A DNA stretch of 64,000 bases from Octopus vulgaris (lineage: Eukaryota): the NCBI GenBank assembly GCA_951406725.2, contig OX597817.1:100316001-100380000 (forward strand), in the 5' to 3' direction. This document shows, piece by piece, positions 55,670 through 64,000 of this stretch. The notes below the pieces were generated by a model. The model had not been told where the DNA came from, did no database searches, and worked only from the letters and a program-made list of their open reading frames with translations. A program made the translations under genes and the position numbers. Numbering within the stretch: position 1 is the first letter of the stretch; every line of letters begins with the position of its first letter.

Positions 55670-55799
55670 GTGAGTGAAATAATTTTGCTTTGTTTGCTGG
55701 CTAAAGTTTTTATTTTTATTTTCCCTTCTTTAATTGTGTGTTGTTGCTTCACATCTGATAACTGATGATTGTACTTATTTTCCTTTACATTTCCCTCAG

Positions 55800-55905
55800 C
55801 ACAAATGACAGAAGAAGCTAATTGCTTTCTTATATCAAAACAAGTGTGATACTTAAGTCATTTCTGAAAAAACAGTCCCAGTCACGTAAACTTACCTATG
55901 TGTAG
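55800..55905 (+). other. Candidate poison cassette exon
   Basis: Acceptor tacttattttcctttacatttccctcag| and donor TAG|gtaagt. 106 nt, reads CAC AAA TGA in the incoming frame. Confidence 0.45.
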
Positions 55906-56876
55906 GTAAGTTTAACATGAGTTGGACTGTTCTTTGGAGGATCACTTGATGTTGATAAGATATGCCTTTAAATTTTCAAACTGTTTTTGAAAAAATATTC
56001 TCTCCCAGCTGGATAGATAATATGCTGGTGTATTCTCATCTCAATCATGTATTATAGAAAATCTTCCATTTCTTTTTCAGTGATATCGTAATGTCATTAA
56101 ATATCTGTTTGGGTTTTCATGTGGGTTTTGAAGATCAGGAATATTTGCAGCATAGCATCACTGATTCGGTTTGTTTATAAAAGTATTTCCAAAAGAGAAA
56201 GTCTTCAACTTCACTTCAGAAATAGTTGCTGTGTACCATTTACTATGCGTAATTAAAAAAAATATGTGAAGATCTAATTTGTCAAATTTAGTTATTATAC
56301 ACCAAAATTTTGTGCCACTAGTTACAATTGTAAAATGGCTTCTGAATGATCATAAGAAATTTTCAGGGTTACTAAATCTATTGATGAGTTCATAAAAGAG
56401 GTTGATTAGCTCCATTTGCCATGAGGTGTGAAGAATGTAACATTTTGGACTCTTGCCTTTCATCTGAGGGAAATTTCATAAGGAACACTAGTCATGAGTT
56501 ATCTCCTGTTCTGTTGTCAGAAAGCCTTTTTTCTTGCATGAGTTTATCTCCTTATCTGGTGCAACAAGATATTAATATATCTTGTGTTCAGGATTTTGGA
56601 TGTTAAATGTCCAAATTATGATAATGTAACCAGTCTTTATTTGTGTTTCTGTTGCTCTTTTGTACTAGAGTAAACCAAACGAATTTATGGTCATATTAAG
56701 ATAAAACTTCATCAACATAATGGGTTCAACTATTATTCTTGAATCTTTAGAAGTTACTGAATGGTTAAATCAATGTTTTGTATTTCAAGAAAAATATCAT
56801 ACAAAAAATAGGAGAAGTATAAACATTTATAAATTCCAATCTACCACTTTAATAGTATTTTTTATTTCTAATATAG

Positions 56877-57040
56877 GATGATCCTCCTTCTCCTCCACCA
56901 ACAAGTCTGAAGATGCGTATTCCTAAGGCTGGAGCTTTTATTGACAATGTACTGAAAACTGTGAAAGAGGAAGAAGAAAATTTGAACCCTGTTGATATTT
57001 CATCGTTGAAATTGAAGGTTTCAAATGGAAGAATTGTTGG
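56877..57040 (+). CDS. PHF8: KDM7/PHF8-like exon (disordered C-terminal region)
   Basis: atatag|GAT start, GG|gtaaat end. Encodes DDPPSPPPTSLKMRIPKAGAFIDNVLKTVKEEEENLNPVDISSLKLKVSNGRIV, open and in phase; LKL..SNG resembles KDM7-family C-terminal motifs. Confidence 0.85.
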
Positions 57041-57263
57041 GTAAATTTTTCCAGCTATTTCTCTGTAGAGCTCAGTTATACTTCATTATGCCCCTGTGAT
57101 TTTTAAGTGGTAGTAACCCATTGTGCCACTTTATTTACATCTAATCAAATATTACTTTGAATAGAACAGAGCTACCTTGCATAATGTCTTTAAATCTCTG
57201 TTATTCTTCCAATTATAGAATCGTTATTGTATACACTTGTCATTTAACCATTTTTATGGTATG

Positions 57264-57507
57264 CAGGGGGATGCAAAAGTAGGTATTCAGTATCACATCA
57301 ATGTTATAATATTTAATTCATTAAAATTATTAGCACATTAAATTAGTTAGCTTCATTTTTGATATTTTCAGTGTAATTAATCACAATAATACTTTTATCA
57401 TAACTATAATAATGCTTTTATCATAACTTGTAATTTTTTTGATAAAAATAAATGAGCATTGTACATGTTTTTTTTCATAACTGTATACCTGCTTTTGCAC
57501 CACCCTG
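57264..57507. mobile_element. Tc1/mariner-type MITE
   Basis: Imperfect ~28-bp TIRs cagggggatgcaaaagtaggtattcagt / actgtatacctgcttttgcaccaccctg|TA. Confidence 0.75.
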
Positions 57508-57826
57508 TATATACAAAACATTTACAACTAGGTAAGCATGTAAACTAGTGACTTATAACCAAGTTTCTGTGACACTTATCCATGTTAACTTTGTCACCCT
57601 GATTCTAATAATTTTTTATCCTAATATTTTTTCTTAATACTAATTAACTTTATGACTGTATCTAAACACACATATAAAAGTCATTTGTTCAATTTATCTG
57701 TATGTATCATAGTTAAGAAACTAAATTCTAAAGCCTTTAAATCTCATCTTTCCTCCTTTATCGATTCCCTCAGTCAAAACATGGTGAAGATGGCTTATTT
57801 ATTGACTTGCACTTTGTTTTTTGAAG

Positions 57827-58020
57827 TGATAATGTTAAACCAGATGTACTGAATATTGGGAAATTCCAACCTCTTATGACTGATTTTGATGATGATGGAG
57901 ATAGTGATCCAGATCAACTTGTTGTTGATGAATCTCCAACTGTCCGGAAAAAAAGCAAACCTGGTGAGAACAACTCTCACACAACAATGAAACCAGGATC
58001 ACTGAAGTTGAAGTTATCAT
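57827..58020 (+). CDS. PHF8: KDM7/PHF8-like exon (acidic/basic low-complexity)
   Basis: ttttttgaag|T start, T|gtaagt end. Encodes (G)DNVKPDVLNIGKFQPLMTDFDDDGDSDPDQLVVDESPTVRKKSKPGENNSHTTMKPGSLKLKLS. This acceptor keeps the frame open. Confidence 0.82.
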
Positions 58021-60252
58021 GTAAGTCTTCATTATTTGATGATTACTCCAAAAATAATTCATACTATCTAATTTATCATGAGCTTTAAAATATTGCATTC
58101 TTCCAGTATTGAGAAGGTTGAAGAAATGTATAAAGTGATGATCAGGTTTAGATTCCATGTAACTGTCTTATATCAGTTATTAGTACATGGATTATTAGAT
58201 TTTTATTGCTCTCTTTAGAAAGATATGTTACCCCTTTTGTTTCTGCTTAATTCCAAAATAGGTATTATTCATGATATGGGAGTAAGCTCTGGATAAAATG
58301 TCCCATTATGAAAAATTTTGTTTTAGATGGTATCTTTTGGAACCGTGATTTTGTTACCTTGGAGATTCTGATGAATTAAATAAATGAAAAGGCTTAGGTT
58401 ATTAAGACTATTTGATAAAAAATTTTATGAAGTGTCTAAAAATTATTATATTGAAATATTGAAATATTATTATAAAGAATATCCTTAAGTATCGTGTTAA
58501 TTTTACAATATAAGTTTTCTGTATTACAATCCAAAATTATATGATAATGGCTGAAGTTTCTGTACTTCCATTTATTTTGTATTTCTATTTGTCATGTAGT
58601 GTTAGTTTTAATCTTTCATAGGTTTCATATTTTTATTCTTATGATTATTAATCTCTCACTCTCTGTTTTTTGTTTTTTACATAAGTTAATAACATTATTT
58701 GTATCATTTTTTTAGTTCTTTTGTTGACCTCTGTGGTTCACTTAGCTAATGCTCATCTCCAGTTTTTGTGGCATTAGGCAGGTGATATTTAAATGTTCCC
58801 TGATTGAGATACCACTCTATCAAATTATATTTCTTGCAAAAGGAATTAAGGTAGTTTCTACAAGCTAAAAAATCACTAGTTCAGGACCTTTTTCATGTAT
58901 TTGTGTATTCTCTGTTAACATGTTGATAAATAGTAAATCTTCTGACTTTTGTAAGTTGGCTTCCACCAAATGACATTTTACTTCTATGTAAAAAAAATAT
59001 TTCTAGCCCTAGTCTATAACAATTTTTTGGAATCTCTCTCTTGTTAGATTTACAATAATATCTTTAGAAATTATAAATCTGAAGTTTGCTCTAAATTGTT
59101 TTAATGATTGGATCATTAATCTGCCTATGTATAGTAAATTCATTTGAGTAGAGCTGATTGTAGGTAATGTTTGGAGAAAAATTGTACCAGTCATTTTTGA
59201 TTTGATGCCTTTCAAAGAAACTTCTATTATTAACAGTGTACCTGGCGTTTCTTGGGAAACCTAATTTTATGGCAATTTGTTGAAAAAGAATTATGGGTAA
59301 TTCTGCATTAATTTATTGTCTCAGACACAATGATACATGTTCCTGCTATTGATTGTTACAGAGATATATAATTAAAAACGAGTGCTTCTGGCAAGACAGA
59401 GATTAGTAAATTTTCAGTTAAGGGCTTCATAATAAACAACATTCTTGGTTTGTTTATCTTTAGCACTCGCATAAAAATTGTTTTGGCTTCCAACTCATGA
59501 TTATCCAAAATATAGCTATCCAAAAATAGTTGCTGCAATTCCAAAAGAAGCAACTTCAAGTTGACAAACTTTTTTGTCCACAAGTCAACAGATTAGTGAG
59601 AAATGTTTTCCAGTGCCTTGTGATACATCAAAGTAAAATATACTTTCCTTTCTAAAAACTGAATATTCTTGACAATTGTTGATTTTGCTACACTTACTTT
59701 TTCCACCTTCGGTACTCGTGTAAAAATTGTTCTGACTTCTGACACATGAACATCCAATATGTAGCTGTCTATTTGTCCATGCAGTATTGCAAGTGAAGAT
59801 GTTGAAGTGATCTGGCTTTCCATAAGTTCTGGCAGAGCATCTTGAGTGCTTTCATACATGTCTCTTGGACTCTTTGTGGTGTTTATATCGACAGTATGCT
59901 GGTGGAATAAATCTTTACAACATTGCAAGTGGCTGATGTAGTTATTACAAACCATGAAGTAATATGCATAAACTTGTATGCTTGAATTATTTTCTTGACA
60001 TTGTCATCCTACAAGCTCAGGGCACTGTCCCTTTGTCTATGTTCCTGGTCACTCTTAATCAAAGCCAGCTCTTTGCAGCTTGGTTCATCAGTTGGCTGTG
60101 ATGTTCACTTTGTGGTTGCTTATTTGTATCATCACCAATTGAAAGTTTAGAACAGAAGCAATTTCAAGAGCACATGGAAGATCATACATACATACGTATG
60201 TACGCACGTATGTATGTATGTATGTATGTATGTATGTGTGTATGTATGTATG

Positions 60253-60620
60253 TTTTCATCGCTTTCAAACCGCAACCTGTTCACTGACAAAACTTGGCAC
60301 TGCATCTGAGAGAGTAGCAGTTAGTTCATGGTGTGTGTGTGTTCGCGCGTGCATGCTCACATACACACACACACACACCATGAACTAACTGCTACTCTTT
60401 CAGATGCAGCGCCAAGTTTTGTCAGTGAACAGGTTGCGGTTTGAAAGCGATGAAAATATTTTGACACAAATGAAAATTAAATGTTGAAGTGAAACTAACA
60501 GTTTTTTTGTGCTCTTGAATGACTTACAAATATCTTCTATACTGCAATTGTTTTTGTTTCAGCACACAATCTCAGATTAAGTCACTTGCTATGCAAGTAC
60601 ATCTCCAAAATTTTAAATAC
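60253..60620 (+). mobile_element. Same repeat with a local inverted duplication (hairpin 60253-60457) and variant hammerhead at 60420-60466
   Basis: 60253-60341 pairs almost perfectly with ~60368-60457. tgtca-GTGAACA-g-gttgc..gcgat-GAAA-atat-TT-tgaca. Confidence 0.82.
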
Positions 60621-60816
60621 TTTAAGAAAAATTCCTTTTCTACTACGTCTGTAATACCTAATTAACTTTTTATTTGACTATAGCCCCTCTTTCTCTCTCT
60701 CTCACATCTTTTAACAAAAATAACCATTAACATTTTTATGAAAATTAATCAAAAATTTCAACTTTGATGTTGAGTCTTAGAGTGTTCTTTTGATGAACTT
60801 TTACAATTTTTCTCAG

Positions 60817-60918
60817 TTTCTGGAAAGTATCCTAATGATAATGAGGGCCAACTACCATTAGATGTCGATGTAACTCCACCAATAAAAAGGCAAAGAAAAA
60901 CCCCAGCAGCTAAGAAAG
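60817..60918 (+). CDS. PHF8: KDM7/PHF8-like exon
   Basis: tctcag|TT start, G|gtaagt end. Encodes (F)SGKYPNDNEGQLPLDVDVTPPIKRQRKTPAAKK, phase 1-1. Confidence 0.82.
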
Positions 60919-61309
60919 GTAAGTGTTGTGCTTGTTTCTTTTTCAGTAAAACATCTGATCTCTTCAAAAATTTTCATGCTGTAAATCAACTTTGCTACAT
61001 TGGTTGGCTTTATAGCTTGAAGCTGGGGAAGAACATTTCCTTTTGTTTGCTTTATTGTCAGTTTGAACCATACTAAATATGGAAAATCTTATCTGCCTGG
61101 GCTACATTTTTCACACTTCTGTTGACGAAATTAAATAACTCTGCCCCTCTCCCACTCCATCACCCAGCCACAACATCAGATACATGTAATACTGATGACA
61201 TTCTTTTCACAGACATCTTCTCTGACCTTGAAAATGTGGCAACTGATATGTCAGTGTCCACAAGACTGTGTACATCTGCTGTAATTAGGAAGGTTCGATA
61301 AATGCAATA

Positions 61310-61880
61310 ACATAGCACCCACTAAAATCTGTAGACTCCTTTGTATACTTAAGAAGTAGGATTGCATCTATAAAAAAGGATGTAAAATTTTGTTTTGCTA
61401 ATGGGTGTTTCTTGATGGCCTCTGTTTCATCTGGAAGTCATCACTGCTTGATGATCTTAAAAGAAGACTCTTCCATGCTACTGTGGAATCAGTACTGCTG
61501 TGTAGGTCCATTGCCATTCACCAAACACATGGAGGCAACATTTGATGGTGCTTACATTCACATGTTTTTGGTTGTTCTGAATATCTCAAGGAAAAAGTAT
61601 CAGACCAAAACAAAGATTGAACAACAGTCTTCTTTCCATCACTGATATCAGTAGAGAGATACATGCATTTTGCAGGGCATTATTGGAGAGGTAAGCATGA
61701 ATTCATGAGTGATGCAGTCTTATTGACACCCTGATATGGATATAAATGGGTCAGCCATCTAATGTAACCAGTTCAAACATAGGATGATGTTGCCCAGCTG
61801 ACCTTTCAAATGCTATGCAGAATCCTGGTGGTGAGAGTGTGAGCCATTCAGGAATTCAAGCAAGCTTAACCAGATGATGA
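61310..61880 (+). mobile_element. Degenerate RTE-type LINE 3' end
   Basis: FTKHMEATFDGAYIHMFLVVLNIS and HFAGHYWR.K....SD.VL match RTE ORF2 C-terminal motifs. Ends in (GAT)n. Confidence 0.7.
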
Positions 61881-61972
61881 TGACCATCATCATCATTGTC
61901 GTTTAATGTCCTCCTTTCTTGCTGGCATGGGTTGGATGGTTTGGCAGGAGCTAGCCAGGCAGTGCAAAGAAA

Positions 61973-62023
<51 letters not shown>

Positions 62024-63304
62024 GCAATTCTTTCTGAGGATTTTATTATAGATGTGGAAATGATATTTTAATGAAAAGATTATTGTAATAAAATAACAAT
62101 TTAAGAGATAGTATGTATAAAAATCATTATCTTTGTTTTAATATCTACTTTTACAATGCTTGCATGGGATAGATGAGACTTGTTTAGACAGATTTTTCTG
62201 TATCCAGATACTCTTCCTGTTGCCAACCTTCATCTGTTTTTAAGTAAAATAATATTTACCTTCGTCTTTCAAACAATCAACAGCTCAATAGTCAGGAATG
62301 TTTTAGTAGAAGATTACAAACAATTTACAACATTTGTATGAATGATAACTTTATTTTCAATCAGTATGTAAATGTCAACTCAAGAAAAAGCAACATAATG
62401 TACATACACAATATTTGGCAGGCTTCTTACAGTTTTCATTTACCAATTTCACTTACAAGGTATTGGTCAGCCTGTAGCTATAGTTGAAGACATCAGTTAG
62501 CAGTGTTCATGCAGTGGAAATGAACCTTAAATTACTTGGTTCCAAAGCAAACTACTTAACAATAAGGCCATATTTGCACCTATAATAATCATATTAAATT
62601 ATTGGAAGTATTCTATTTGTAGTGATCTGTCGGAATTGTTTGAAATGTTCAATACCACTTTTACAATTCCCAGAGTTTTCTCAAAGGAGCTTTACTGTTC
62701 AGTTTTAAACATGTATGTATATTTTCTGTAGAATTAAGCAGCAAAACTAATATTGCCATAATTTAGTTTGAAACTGTATTTTTTAAATCTACAAGACAAA
62801 AAACTAAAACCATAAAGAATTTGCTAATTCATTGATTAGTTATTGTATACATATATATCTAAATAACACACATTGTATATGAAAATTTGAATTTGCTTTT
62901 GAATGACAATTAGAGTTAAGATTTTGGTTCTGTCTTCTGCTGATATGATATAAAAAGAAAAACACACCAGCTTTTCAGTTAGTAGGTCAGTTCTTAAAAG
63001 TATATGACCTCTAGCTTTTACTAATACTCACTGTATACTGTCAAATGAAAAAGTATGTTTTAAAAATATATGAAAAATGGTGCTTTTTAAAAGAAAAGAC
63101 ATCATTACATATTCTGAATACTTGTTTCAATTTAGTTCTTTTACCTGCCTTCTGTAGTAACTCTATTTACAGGTTATGCACATAGTAGCTTTTAATTTTT
63201 AATCACTACATATGTCATCATTCTGGTGACTATTGTAGCGTTTTACCATGTGTTTATCTTCAATTTTTTTTTACTTTAGCATAATATGTAACTATTCCTT
63301 TTAG

Positions 63305-63430
63305 AAAAGAAGCCAGCTGCCCCTAAATCCAAATCACCAGGACCTAAAACCTCAGCCTGTAAGAAAGAACCAAAGAAGGCACCTGCAAGAGCTACAAAAA
63401 GCAAAATAAAACAAACAAAAGTTCAAGATG
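63305..63430 (+). CDS. PHF8: KDM7/PHF8-like exon (Lys/Pro/Ala-rich); gene continues past window
   Basis: ttttag|AA start, G|gtaacc end. Encodes (E)KKPAAPKSKSPGPKTSACKKEPKKAPARATKSKIKQTKVQD, phase 1-1. Confidence 0.8.
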
Positions 63431-63706
63431 GTAACCTGGAGTCTTTATTATGTTTTGATATTTAATTATCCATTGCAAATATTACAACTTGCAAACACCC
63501 TAATTGCAAGAAATTTTATGTGAAAAAAAAATACTCATTGTTTTTTTTTTTACTTCGGTACAAGATAAATTTTTGAAATGAGGTATAGTCAATTGAATTG
63601 ATCTTACGTTATCAATTTTGGTAGTATGAAAGGTAAAAATCATCTTCAACAGGATTTGAATATAAATTTGAGAGGATCACAGTTAAAAACTGTAAAGCTA
63701 TTTTAA

Positions 63707-63922
63707 CCCTTTAGTATTCAGATTACTCAGTTAATGTAATGCTTATTTATTCACATTGTTTTGAATTAATTATGCATTATCTTGTAGCTTCAGGATTTTA
63801 ATGATGTGATTGTTTTCTTTTTAGAATGTCATTGTAGGGTAGGTGCAAGAGGCCAGATTCGGTCAGTTTAAGCATAAAGCAGATAGAATATTTGGGCTGG
63901 ATATGGCAGGTTTAAATGCAAA
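63707..63922. mobile_element. piggyBac-type MITE, third copy (inverted, one end decayed)
   Basis: TTAA|ccctttagtattcagatt; the interior is the reverse complement of 45978-46195. Confidence 0.75.
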
Positions 63923-64000
63923 AAACTTTCTCAACTTCTATTACATATTTTTATTGAAGCATTTTGGTTTCTGCTTTTACTGTTTCATATGTTATTCTTT

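Overview
AT-rich, repeat-dense animal genomic DNA whose SINE, RTE and microsatellite landscape looks like octopus/coleoid cephalopod (inference). The window holds the middle of one + strand gene for a KDM7-family (PHF8/KDM7A/PHF2-like) JmjC histone demethylase. Ten GT-AG exons (3774-63430) splice into one open frame with intact Fe(II)/2-oxoglutarate ligands, and both ends of the gene lie outside the window. A 45.7 kb intron (8645-54386) contains Helitrons, tRNA-derived SINEs, RTE LINE fragments, a Penelope-like element (PLE), and mariner and piggyBac derivatives. Four observations stand out. (1) There is a candidate in-frame 18-nt microexon with an upstream UGC. (2) A candidate poison exon has its consensus 5' splice site locked in a hairpin by a U1-snRNA-mimic sequence. 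(3) Several unrelated repeat families carry minimal hammerhead ribozymes in fold-back inverted repeats, one with a G3-C8 swapped core. (4) A PHD-like zinc finger lies inside the RT region of the RTE LINE. All calls were read by eye; repeat boundaries are approximate and nothing was searched against a database.
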